DNA of 64,000 nucleotides. It comes from a virus (taxonomy: Duplodnaviria; Caudoviricetes). Location of the stretch: IMG/VR virus record IMGVR_UViG_3300037067_007801, positions 23,604 through 87,603 of that record. The stretch is one strand, 5' to 3'. The notes beneath the pieces were generated by a model. That model made no database searches. It had not been told where the DNA came from and was given only the letters and a program-made list of their open reading frames with translations. A program made the position numbers and the translations under genes. This document shows, in pieces, positions 27,661-36,119 of this stretch (the stretch's first letter is position 1; each line of letters starts with the position of its first letter).

Positions 27661-29715
27661 ATGGCGACCGAAGAAGCGAAAATCGTCGTCAACATAGAAC
27701 GCGGTGCGTTCAAGACGGCGCTGAAGGGCATGGAGGGCGAGGTCGCATCCAGCGGCAGGCGCATGAAGTCGTCCCTCTCGGGCGCGTTCAGCGCTGGTCT
27801 GGGCAACGTCAAGAATACGATCAAGGGCATGTTCTCCGGTATCGGTGGCCACATGAAGACGATCGCGACATTCGGTGGTGCCATCGGCGCAGGAGTGCTG
27901 ATCAAGGACGCTCTGCATCTGCAAACGCTCTACCGCAACATCGCGTACAACATGAGCAAGATTCCTGGCCAGGCGATGCGGTGGCAGGATGTGCAAGCTG
28001 TCGTCAATAAGACGGTTGAGAAAACAGGTGCGAAGGCCGAAGACTTGGCGACCACATTCGGGAACCTGTCTCAAGAGATGGATCTCGAATCTGCGAAGAA
28101 AACTCTTGAAGCCATCGCGACCATGTCCACGGCGACCGGGAAATCGATGGAGAGTTTCACGGACGTCGCCATTCGTGGTGTTGAGAAGTTCAAGATCTCT
28201 ACGAATGATTTGCCCGAGGCCCTTGCGCAGTTCGAATCTCTCACTGACATTGGTGGTCCAAAACTCGAAGAACTCGGACGCAAGTTTGGGTTATTGGCGG
28301 GAGCCGCATCGGATGCTGGTTTCGTCGGTGCCGAGGGTATGAAGTCGCTTATGAACATGATGATTCAAGCCGATGATGTCATCGGTGAGAATTCAGAGAG
28401 AGCTTTTAAGAACATATTCTCGGTACTGAGAGAGGGCGGATCTGGATTGGCCGGTATCGAAAAGAAGATGGGTGGAAAGTTTGCGAAGGGCACCGGGGGC
28501 AAGGAGAAGATGGAGGCCATTCTGGCCAAGGGCGGTGGTGCTCGCGGTGAATTTGAAAAGAAACTCAGCGCGGAAGGATTACTCGCGTTCAAGCAGTTGG
28601 TTCCTATTTTCGACGACACGATGAAGGAAGCACTCGCGGCGGGCAAGTCTAGACAGGAGGCCACGACTCTTGCTGTCAAGGCTTTCGATGATAGCATCAC
28701 AGGAGCCAACAAGAAGACGCGGACCTACGCGCAAAATTTGGAAGCCGCCACGAAGCGATTGAAGGAAGATCCTGCTCTGCAACTTCAGAAGGCCATGAAC
28801 AAGTTGCAGGAAGTCATGACGTCTCCGAAGGCGCTGGCCTCGATCAAGAAGTTGATGGACATCCTTCCTCCGTTGGCCGAGAAGATTGCGGCCTTGCTCG
28901 GCGTTGTCATGGATCATCCGTTGCTGTCTGGCGCCGGCGCTGTCGGTGGAAAGCTCGGAGCGTCACTTGTCGGTGGCATGGTTTCCAGAACGCTTGGTGG
29001 TGGATTCGGTGGCGGTCCTGGTGCTGCTGGATCTCCTGGCATGGCACCTTCGGCTGCTGGACTTTCGGCTTCGCAGATGGGCATGACTCCCGCGAAGATG
29101 ACGATGACCGGTGGCGGGAAGATGATCGTCACGCCTGGAACCGGCTGGCCTATGGTTCCACCTGACTCTACCAAGATGGGGTTGACTGGACAGCAGATCG
29201 GTACTGGCTTCGCTGGAGCTGTCGCTGCGCTCGGAGTCGGTGTGGCGATCGGAACTGCGATCTCCGGTGTGCTGCAAAGCGCTGCCGATGACCTCATCAA
29301 TCGAGAGAACAAGTCGAGAAAAGCTTACGACAAGATTCGTGCAGATGCAGCCAATCTTGGCGATATCAATACGCCACAGAAAATGACAGGCGCGAGAAAA
29401 ATAATTGAGAGGACCGTGGATACGACAGCCTATGAAGCTGAAAAGCTCATGGGTGTCGAGGGCACAATCAAATCACTGGTTGGGACTCTCAGTGCTCTGT
29501 TTACTGGTGGCGACGATCCGTTCACGGTCTTCAAAAATAATGTGGCACGCCAGACGATGGTCTTCGATGAACTCAATAAGAGCGTAAAAGCTCCGAAGAC
29601 TTCACTTGAAGACTTCTCGAAGACCCTTGATAAAATCAACAATGGTGGAACGTCGCGCGGCCCCGTGACCAAACCTCCGCCGACACCCGGTGCTGCACCG
29701 ACTCCAGGAAAGTAG
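27661..29715 (+). CDS. tape measure protein
   Basis: 684 aa Ala/Gly/Lys-rich helical protein after chaperones. Confidence 0.85.
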   Translation: MATEEAKIVVNIERGAFKTALKGMEGEVASSGRRMKSSLSGAFSAGLGNVKNTIKGMFSGIGGHMKTIATFGGAIGAGVLIKDALHLQTLYRNIAYNMSKIPGQAMRWQDVQAVVNKTVEKTGAKAEDLATTFGNLSQEMDLESAKKTLEAIATMSTATGKSMESFTDVAIRGVEKFKISTNDLPEALAQFESLTDIGGPKLEELGRKFGLLAGAASDAGFVGAEGMKSLMNMMIQADDVIGENSERAFKNIFSVLREGGSGLAGIEKKMGGKFAKGTGGKEKMEAILAKGGGARGEFEKKLSAEGLLAFKQLVPIFDDTMKEALAAGKSRQEATTLAVKAFDDSITGANKKTRTYAQNLEAATKRLKEDPALQLQKAMNKLQEVMTSPKALASIKKLMDILPPLAEKIAALLGVVMDHPLLSGAGAVGGKLGASLVGGMVSRTLGGGFGGGPGAAGSPGMAPSAAGLSASQMGMTPAKMTMTGGGKMIVTPGTGWPMVPPDSTKMGLTGQQIGTGFAGAVAALGVGVAIGTAISGVLQSAADDLINRENKSRKAYDKIRADAANLGDINTPQKMTGARKIIERTVDTTAYEAEKLMGVEGTIKSLVGTLSALFTGGDDPFTVFKNNVARQTMVFDELNKSVKAPKTSLEDFSKTLDKINNGGTSRGPVTKPPPTPGAAPTPGK

Positions 29716-29724
29716 GAGGACGAC

Positions 29725-30717
29725 GTGGCAAAGACGTTCCCCAATGACAGCAGCGACTACACGTTCGTCGACTACTTCAAAGAGTACGGTCCGGCGACAT
29801 GGACCGTCGGTGGCACGACGATCGGCTTCCCGGTGATCAGCATCTCAGAGGACGGTGGTAACCGTATCGTTCGTCACGAGCGACCGCGGCGCGATGGCGC
29901 CAAACTCGACGACATGGCCAGTAAGCCGCGGATCTTCTCGTTCGAGGCCATGTTCGACAACGGGTTGCTGGCGTTCCCCGATGCCGAGCTCGTCCTGAAC
30001 GACGTCAACGGAGGGATGTCACTTTATCCCGACGTCCTGAACGCGCTCTTGGATTCGTTCAACGTACACGAGACCGGGGATCTGTTCGTTCCGACGAGAG
30101 GCAAGGTGCGTGCGCGTGCCGAGTCGTATAGCCGAAACGAGAACGCCAACGTGCGCAACAACGCGCGAGTTCACCTGACGTTCGTTGTGGACAACGAGGA
30201 CAGCCTGGACGCAGCCGGGTTCCAACCTCCGGCAGTATCGGCGTCGGCTATCGCAGTGGCGACCGTTGCCGAGGAGGAAGCCGAGAAGACCGGCGCGTGG
30301 GATGGTTCGATCTCCGACCTCATGGAGATGGCGAACAACATCGAGGGACTCGCGAACGCTCCAGGCGATTTCCTGAGCGATGTAGAGGAACAAGCCGGTG
30401 CGCTCAAGGCGGCCGTCGACAAGGTCGTGAAGGCACACTCGGACGCGACGACAGAGGGGCGCGACCTGATGTTGGACCCCGAGAGTTCGACCCTTGGAAA
30501 GCACCTCGCGTCCATGAAAGAAATGGCAGGTCAAGCCATCGAGAAAAGCCGACGCGGCGTTCCTGGTTTTCAGACGTTCACCTACGCCACGCGCATGTCG
30601 ATCTTCGATATCGCCGCTGCGGTCGGTGTGGATGCTTCGACGTTGATGCAGATCAACTCCCAGATTGAGGACCAGTTGGACATCCCGGCCGGGACCGGTG
30701 TCAGGGTTCCGGTGTAA
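29725..30717 (+). CDS. Mu gpN-like DNA circularization/tail protein
   Basis: GFPVISISEDGGNRIVRHERPRRDG...GDLFVPTRG; C-terminal LysM-like LMQINSQIEDQLDIPAG. Confidence 0.85.
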   Translation: MAKTFPNDSSDYTFVDYFKEYGPATWTVGGTTIGFPVISISEDGGNRIVRHERPRRDGAKLDDMASKPRIFSFEAMFDNGLLAFPDAELVLNDVNGGMSLYPDVLNALLDSFNVHETGDLFVPTRGKVRARAESYSRNENANVRNNARVHLTFVVDNEDSLDAAGFQPPAVSASAIAVATVAEEEAEKTGAWDGSISDLMEMANNIEGLANAPGDFLSDVEEQAGALKAAVDKVVKAHSDATTEGRDLMLDPESSTLGKHLASMKEMAGQAIEKSRRGVPGFQTFTYATRMSIFDIAAAVGVDASTLMQINSQIEDQLDIPAGTGVRVPV

Positions 30718-30720
30718 CCC

Positions 30721-31833
30721 ATGGCAGGCGTCGTCGACAAGGTGCACATTGAGGCTGTCGGAACTGGGATCATCGACAACCTCACGTCGTTGCAGGTGAC
30801 GAACGACCTCAATGCTCCGAGCGAGGGCGCCTTCGAGATGGGGAACGAGGGCACGTGGCCAGCGATCGTCGACCAGGTGAAGCACGGAACCGAGTACAAA
30901 GTGTTCGTCAACGACCTGTTGCGGCTGAGTGGTCGCATCGAATTTACTGACCAGCCTACCGACGCACAGGCTGGTTCGACCGTGAGACTCACCGTGCGTA
31001 CGAAACTTGCCGACGCGCAGTACGCATCGGCGCCTCCGAACGTGAAGGTCAAGGACACTTCGATCAAGGAGTTCCTGCTCAAGTTGTACGCGCCGCTGGG
31101 ATACACCGAGGCCGACTTCGAGTGGTCACAGGCTACAGGGCGTGATCTCCTAACTGGAGAGGGGAGCAAGGGCGCTGGCGACACCGTCGACCTTGAGCCG
31201 ATGACGGCACAGGACGCCAAGGTCAATCCTCCCGAGACGGTTTTCGATGCTGCCGATCGGCATCTTCGACGGCACGGTCTGATGCACTGGGATTCGCCTG
31301 ATGGCAAGATCATCGTTGGGTCGCCGGCCGCGGACGGTTCCGCTCTGTACCGGCTCATCATGAACGTGGATGGCCGAGGCAACAACATCCTTGCGTGTAC
31401 GGCATCGCAGGACTGGTCCGGAGTTCCGAGCAGCGTCACCGTGGTCGGGTCGCAGAAGAAGAGTGGAACCTCACGCAAGAGGGTCACGGCGATCGAGATC
31501 GACAGCGACGTCAGCGCCGCCGGGTTCTATCGGCCCGTCGTGATTCCTGCCGAGGGCATCGGATCTGTGGACAAGGCGAAGCGGGCCGCGGCTCGAGAGA
31601 TGTCCGCACGTCGCAGGAACATGGACGCCTGGGACATCGAAGTCGATGGCTTGTCCTGGTGGGATGGGGACCACGGTGTGAACTGGGCCACGGACACTTT
31701 CGTCGAGATTGAGAGCGATCTCATCGGACGGCCGACCGGCCTGTACTACATCCACCGGGTGATGTACCGGCGCGACATCAGTGGCGACAAGACGAACCTG
31801 AGCGTGATTCGTAAAGGGCTGTGGGTGCTGTGA
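30721..31833 (+). CDS. Mu gpP/gp44-like baseplate hub
   Basis: VNPPETVFDAADRHLRRHGL.HWDSPDGKIIVG...GNNIL; synteny. Confidence 0.85.
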   Translation: MAGVVDKVHIEAVGTGIIDNLTSLQVTNDLNAPSEGAFEMGNEGTWPAIVDQVKHGTEYKVFVNDLLRLSGRIEFTDQPTDAQAGSTVRLTVRTKLADAQYASAPPNVKVKDTSIKEFLLKLYAPLGYTEADFEWSQATGRDLLTGEGSKGAGDTVDLEPMTAQDAKVNPPETVFDAADRHLRRHGLMHWDSPDGKIIVGSPAADGSALYRLIMNVDGRGNNILACTASQDWSGVPSSVTVVGSQKKSGTSRKRVTAIEIDSDVSAAGFYRPVVIPAEGIGSVDKAKRAAAREMSARRRNMDAWDIEVDGLSWWDGDHGVNWATDTFVEIESDLIGRPTGLYYIHRVMYRRDISGDKTNLSVIRKGLWVL

Positions 31834-32648
31834 TGAACTTGGTAGGACTAGGCTCACAGGTACTTGCCGACATGGTGCTCCAGTTCGCGAAGGTCGTCGG
31901 GAGCTCGATAGCCGAGGGCTCGAGTGGAACGAAGCGGCCGGTGCAGTATCGCATCGTCGGCATGCCCGGGTGGGACCTGGACAGCGACGAGATCGCCATC
32001 GACGAGAACGAGAACAACAGCGAGTCGACGGACGACGCCGACGTGTACGGGTCTCTCGGAATCACCGGGCGTCCTTTGCCACCCGACAACGCGGCCGGTA
32101 TTGAGGAACACGCCGAGGTCGTTTGCGTTCGCACTGCTGATGGCCTGGTGCCGATCGCTGTCCGCGACGTCCGTCTGCGGATGGGTGGAAACGCGCCGAA
32201 CGAGGGCACGGTGGCGTTCGTCGGATACGGTGGTGGCTATCATTCGATCTCACCGGTTGACAACACCGACATGAAGAAGGGCGCGATCCAGGTGATCTAC
32301 TGCGGGTACGACTTCGATTCGTCTGGAGTCGCTGGGAAGGCGCACACGATCATCATTGACCCGACTTCTGGGAACGAGTCTATCAGCATCATTCACGCCG
32401 AAGGTCAGGCCGTGTTTCTCCAAAAGGACGGCTCGATTCAGATTCAGACGGATGGCGTACCGGCCGGGACCGGCTCGACGGTTCAGCAGTCGTTCATTAA
32501 ACTCGAGCCTGGGAAGATCACGTTGCAAGGTGACCAGGTCGTGTTCAATGGAAGCGTCTACATCGGCTCGCCGTTGACCGGAGTTCCGCTACTTCCAGGC
32601 GTCGCATCTGGCCCCTGTCCTCGGCTGTTCATTTCGCCGACACCGTAG
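31833..32648 (+). CDS. baseplate spike (Mu gp45-like)
   Basis: YGSLGITGRP...AEVVCV...NEGTVAFVGYGG; beta-helix-like C-terminus. Confidence 0.75.
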   Translation: MNLVGLGSQVLADMVLQFAKVVGSSIAEGSSGTKRPVQYRIVGMPGWDLDSDEIAIDENENNSESTDDADVYGSLGITGRPLPPDNAAGIEEHAEVVCVRTADGLVPIAVRDVRLRMGGNAPNEGTVAFVGYGGGYHSISPVDNTDMKKGAIQVIYCGYDFDSSGVAGKAHTIIIDPTSGNESISIIHAEGQAVFLQKDGSIQIQTDGVPAGTGSTVQQSFIKLEPGKITLQGDQVVFNGSVYIGSPLTGVPLLPGVASGPCPRLFISPTP

Positions 32649-32658
32649 GAGGTTCGCG

Positions 32659-32982
32659 ATGGCGATGGTACCAGGCAGCATCACGATCGACCCGGGAACG
32701 GGTGCCGACAGCGGGACTGGTTGCTCCTACGAGTTGTTTCAAGACTTCAACGCGAAGGTCGATTACGGAACAGCGACCGGTACGACGTTGGCCATTGCCA
32801 AGCAGCAGGTCGCCGACCTGTGCGAGAGCATCGGACAAGTCATTGTCACGCACATCGGTGTCAACGCCAAGGCCAAGGTCACGGCGACCGACGCCGGTCT
32901 CCAGTTGCTACCCGCGGCACCGATGGCTGAGGATGACGAGTGCAAGGCGCCGGCCGCTACCAAGTACCTGGGCATCGAGTGA
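32659..32982 (+). CDS. hypothetical baseplate-region protein
   Basis: ORF 107 aa with GGAGG RBS. Confidence 0.7.
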   Translation: MAMVPGSITIDPGTGADSGTGCSYELFQDFNAKVDYGTATGTTLAIAKQQVADLCESIGQVIVTHIGVNAKAKVTATDAGLQLLPAAPMAEDDECKAPAATKYLGIE

Positions 32983-32985
32983 GCC

Positions 32986-33291
32986 ATGACGTACTGTGCC
33001 TTCCCACCGATACCGATCCCTGCGTTCGCGCTCCCTGCGATTCCGCTTCCCGCACTTCCGAGCTTCGTCATCCCGACGTTGCCAAATCTGCCAGGGCTCC
33101 CGATGATAGCGATCCCGGCGTTCACTTTGCCAGCGATACCGATCCCGGGGCTGCCGAGTTTTTCCATCCCATCATGGTCAAGCCTGCCGGGTTTGCCGAT
33201 GATTCCGATCCCGGCGTTCGCTCTGCCTGCCATCCCCTTCCCGGCACTCCCTAGTTTTACGATCCCGTCTCTGTTTTGCGTTCTGGACTAG
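32986..33291 (+). CDS. Pro-rich hydrophobic repeat protein (32-aa unit x ~2.8)
   Basis: IPIPAFALPAIPLPALPSFVIPTLPNLPGLPM-type repeats, terminal Cys at both ends. Confidence 0.65.
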   Translation: MTYCAFPPIPIPAFALPAIPLPALPSFVIPTLPNLPGLPMIAIPAFTLPAIPIPGLPSFSIPSWSSLPGLPMIPIPAFALPAIPFPALPSFTIPSLFCVLD

Positions 33292-33320
33292 AAACGATAC
33301 AGAAAAAACAGGTCAGTTTC

Positions 33321-33377
33321 CCCACCTACAAACCCTAAACTTTATCACTTGACACCATCAACCAAAGGGTTTATATA
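33321..33377 (+). promoter_or_regulatory. early-class promoter/operator driving Cas7-like/array cassette (class E, copy 2)
   Basis: TTGACA(33349)-17bp-TATATA with TCAACC-AAAG-GGTTTA; upstream CCCACCTACAAA..AAACTTT shared at identical spacing with 52953-53009. Confidence 0.85.
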
Positions 33378-33409
33378 CCTCTCATGGTCATCTAACAGGA
33401 GGGTACGAA

Positions 33410-34075
33410 GTGGCACACAGAACGAAGAGGGTAACACTCACCGGGTTGACTCCGCTCATCATGCACAAGGACGGGATGGACTTCGAGGGTCGCATCAAGT
33501 CGTGGCGCATGAACCCGGCGAACAAAGACTTGCAGGTCAAGGGCGACGACCGTTCCCCCGCGTGGACGTGGATTGGCAGCGTCTACCACGACGGGAAGAT
33601 GGTCGGCATCCCGAGCGACAACATCATGACGGTGTTGCGAGAGGGCGGAACGAAGGTCCCGACCGGCAAGCGACAGGGGACGTTCAAGCGCCAGTCGCAG
33701 ACGGGAATCATCGTCATGGAACCGCTATGGCTGTTGACGACGGCGGAAGGAAACCAAGTCGAAATCGCCGACATCAACGTCATGCTCGACGAGACCGATT
33801 TCGACAAGCAGGTGGAGGCGGCGCGCAAACTCAACATCTCCCTGTTCGTCAAGCGCGCAAAGTTGGCGACCTCGAAGAACGTTCGCGTGCGTCCCATGTT
33901 CGCAGCCGGGTGGAATATCAGCGGGACGGTCAGCATCACGGACAACAGCATCACGGACAGCGTGTTCTCGGACATCCTCATGATGGCCGGGGACCTGAGC
34001 GGCCTGTGCGACTGGCGTCCGAGTTCTCCGAAATCGCCGGGACCTTACGGAAGGTTCACGGCGGAGGTGAAGTAG
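33410..34075 (+). CDS. Cas7/RAMP-like protein (putative VIPR effector, Vipr)
   Basis: N-terminal VTLTGLTPLIMH (RAMP tPl strand), IPSDNI, C-terminal G-rich loop AGDLSGLCDWRP...GPYGRF; AGGAGG RBS; immediately followed by GGY-NN array. Confidence 0.8.
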   Translation: MAHRTKRVTLTGLTPLIMHKDGMDFEGRIKSWRMNPANKDLQVKGDDRSPAWTWIGSVYHDGKMVGIPSDNIMTVLREGGTKVPTGKRQGTFKRQSQTGIIVMEPLWLLTTAEGNQVEIADINVMLDETDFDKQVEAARKLNISLFVKRAKLATSKNVRVRPMFAAGWNISGTVSITDNSITDSVFSDILMMAGDLSGLCDWRPSSPKSPGPYGRFTAEVK

Positions 34076-34081
34076 ACACGC

Positions 34082-34766
34082 GGTTCTCGGCGCGGCCAGG
34101 CACGGCGAGCCGGGGTGTGGCACGGTCCGGCAAGGCAAGGAGCGTGGTCCGGATGGGCATGGCACGGCGAGTCGAGGCACGGCGAGGCACGGTTCCTGGC
34201 AAGGCAGGGCGAGGCCGGGCGCGGTCCGGCAAGGTGAGGATCATGGACGGCAGGGCATGGCGGGTCCAGGTGCGGCGAAGCAGGGCCGGGCGTGGCAAGG
34301 ATCGTGACACGGCGCGGTGCGGTGAGGTTGTGCGTGGCAAGGCGAGGTTCCAGGTAGGTCTGGGCCAGGTGCGGCGTGGCTGTGCTAGGCGAGGGTTAAG
34401 GCATGGCAGTGCGCGGCAGGGTCGGGCATGACACGGTGTGGCAAGATTTGGATAGGTTGGGAATGGCAAGGTTGGGTAGGGCGAGGCAAGGAACTGGGTG
34501 TGGCGCGGTGTGGCATGGTCGGGTCCGGTACGGAGCGGCCTGGCAAGGCGAGGATCGTGGCGTGTCAGGGTTAGGTAGGGCACGGTGTGGTGAGGCGAGG
34601 AACGCGGTGCGGCGGGATCAGGTTAGGCATGGTGTGGCCTGGCGCGGCGAGGAACGGGGTGAGGCATGGTTCGGTGCGGCACGGCAGGGCGGGGAAAGGC
34701 GAGGATCCCGGCAAGGTGGGGTGAGGCGTGGTCAGGCAAGGCAAGGTGTGGCGCGGCAAGGAACAT
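34082..34766 (+). ncRNA. GGY-NN pentamer array (putative VIPR guide-RNA array), 12 units
   Basis: Manual parse: 118 pentamers, 100 begin GGC/GGT with variable last two bases; units of 8-11 pentamers (one 18) separated by 7-nt junctions GGA-N4/GGTTC-N2/GGGTTAA. Confidence 0.85.
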
Positions 34767-34790
34767 GGTACAATTTCTAAGGAGGAAAAC

Positions 34791-35246
34791 GTGAGCAAGT
34801 CGAAAATGTACTTCGGTGGTGTTCCGACGGAGCCGGATGTTCGGCGACTGTTGGACAGATATGGGCGTCCGCAGCAAGGCCAGGTGATGGCCTACGACGA
34901 GGTGGCAACCGTCGTCGGGATTCGGCGCGAAGACTCTCGGTTCAAGACCGTGACAAATGCTTGGCGCAAGGCCATCTATTCGAGCTACAACATCGTCATC
35001 GGCACGCGACCGGGGGTTGGATTCGTCGCCCTACAGGAACCGGAGAGACTGGACTACGGCTCGCGGAAGTTTCGGTGTGGAATTCGCCAGATCAAGAGAT
35101 CGCACGGCGTGATCTCCGGGTGTGACGAAATGAAACTCACTCCGGAACAACGCGGCCACAAGCAGCACGACGAGATGGTTTCGGCTCACTTGATATTGGC
35201 CGGGCGTCTGGAAGCCAGACGCTTGCAGTCATCGAGTGGAAAGTAG
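34791..35246 (+). CDS. small basic accessory protein downstream of array (possible wHTH)
   Basis: GTG 34791 after GGAGG; 151 aa Arg/Lys-rich; YDEVATVVGIRREDSRF helix-turn-helix-like segment. Confidence 0.75.
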   Translation: MSKSKMYFGGVPTEPDVRRLLDRYGRPQQGQVMAYDEVATVVGIRREDSRFKTVTNAWRKAIYSSYNIVIGTRPGVGFVALQEPERLDYGSRKFRCGIRQIKRSHGVISGCDEMKLTPEQRGHKQHDEMVSAHLILAGRLEARRLQSSSGK

Positions 35247-35255
35247 AGGGACCCA

Positions 35256-36119
35256 ATGGACTGGTTCAAACTCCCGATTCTCATCCTCATCCTAGGCCTC
35301 CCCACGTGCTCCCCAATCGATTTCCAGGCCGGACCCCTCCCACCCATACAAGACGGTGGTTCAGACGACTCCACGGACTCCCAAACCGACACCATTGAGG
35401 ATTCCGGGACCGACGGTGACAGCGATTCGGACACGGACGTGGACAGCGACACGGACACGGGGCCGGATACTGGCACCGAGACTGACACCGAGAGTGAAAC
35501 TGGAAGCGACACGGACACCGACGTCGACACAGACACAGACACAGACACAGACACGGACTCGGATACCGATACCGATACCGATACCGAGATCCCGGACCCG
35601 TGCACTGGTCCAGGCACATGGCTCGACGATGGTTGGTGGTTCGACTTCCTCCCGGACTATCCGGGCGGCGATATGACGTACCTTGGCACCCGTTGTTGGC
35701 AGGACCCGCCGGCTCCGGAACTCATGGAGTGGACCGCGGCCGTGGACTACTGCGCTGACCTCGTGCTCGCCGGGTACGACGACTGGATCCTGCCCGACGT
35801 CAACCAGCTCCGTTGGCTCGGGCGGCCGACCACATGGGAGTGTGCCGACTGCGGGCTGATTGCTCCTGACCATCTGGCCGAGTCGGACATCGAAGACTGC
35901 GAGGCGTGCCTGCCGTTGTTCGGTGGGGCTGGTGCTGGAGGATGTTACTGGGATCCTGCACTGGGCGGAACATGCTCCTACTACTGGAGTTCTTCGGAGC
36001 AGTCCGGGTATCCACTTAACCGAGTATGGGGCTGGTCGTTCGCCGGAAATGACCCCGGACTCGTCGCGTCCAACAAGACCGGATCGCTTGGCTACACTCG
36101 CTGCGTGAGGTCGCTGTGA
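35256..36119 (+). CDS. putative lipoprotein with Asp-Thr repeat linker and DUF1566/Lcl C-terminal domain
   Basis: Hydrophobic N-terminus ending LGLPTC; (DT)n; WTAAVDYCADLVLAGYDDWILPDVNQLR...YYWSSS...VWGWSF...TRCVR. Confidence 0.85.
   Translation: MDWFKLPILILILGLPTCSPIDFQAGPLPPIQDGGSDDSTDSQTDTIEDSGTDGDSDSDTDVDSDTDTGPDTGTETDTESETGSDTDTDVDTDTDTDTDTDSDTDTDTDTEIPDPCTGPGTWLDDGWWFDFLPDYPGGDMTYLGTRCWQDPPAPELMEWTAAVDYCADLVLAGYDDWILPDVNQLRWLGRPTTWECADCGLIAPDHLAESDIEDCEACLPLFGGAGAGGCYWDPALGGTCSYYWSSSEQSGYPLNRVWGWSFAGNDPGLVASNKTGSLGYTRCVRSL
35395..35590 (+). repeat. hexamer tandem repeats encoding Asp-Thr/Ser linker
   Basis: GACACA/GACACG/GATACC runs. Confidence 0.9.

Noticed and set aside
34082-34766. 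CRISPR array or simple microsatellite
   Set aside because: There are no 23-47-bp identical direct repeats with unique spacers. The variable dinucleotides and regular junctions are not explained by slippage of one motif.
33321-34766. Self-targeting of the array units against the phage's own early promoters
   Set aside because: A spot check by eye of a couple of gapped NN strings found no match. An exhaustive computational search was not possible, so self-targeting is untested rather than excluded.
34056-34877. Arg/Gly-rich ORFs (e.g. 34403..34780 +, 34056..34583 -, 34571..34798 -) reading RQGKARQG / PRLALP
   Set aside because: They are translation artefacts of a 5-nt periodic GG-rich array. 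The period is not a multiple of 3, there is no RBS, and the 7-nt junctions break any codon logic.
35256-36119. Diversity-generating retroelement targeting the DUF1566 gene or tail fibre
   Set aside because: No reverse transcriptase ORF and no TR/VR pair differing at adenines was seen in the window.
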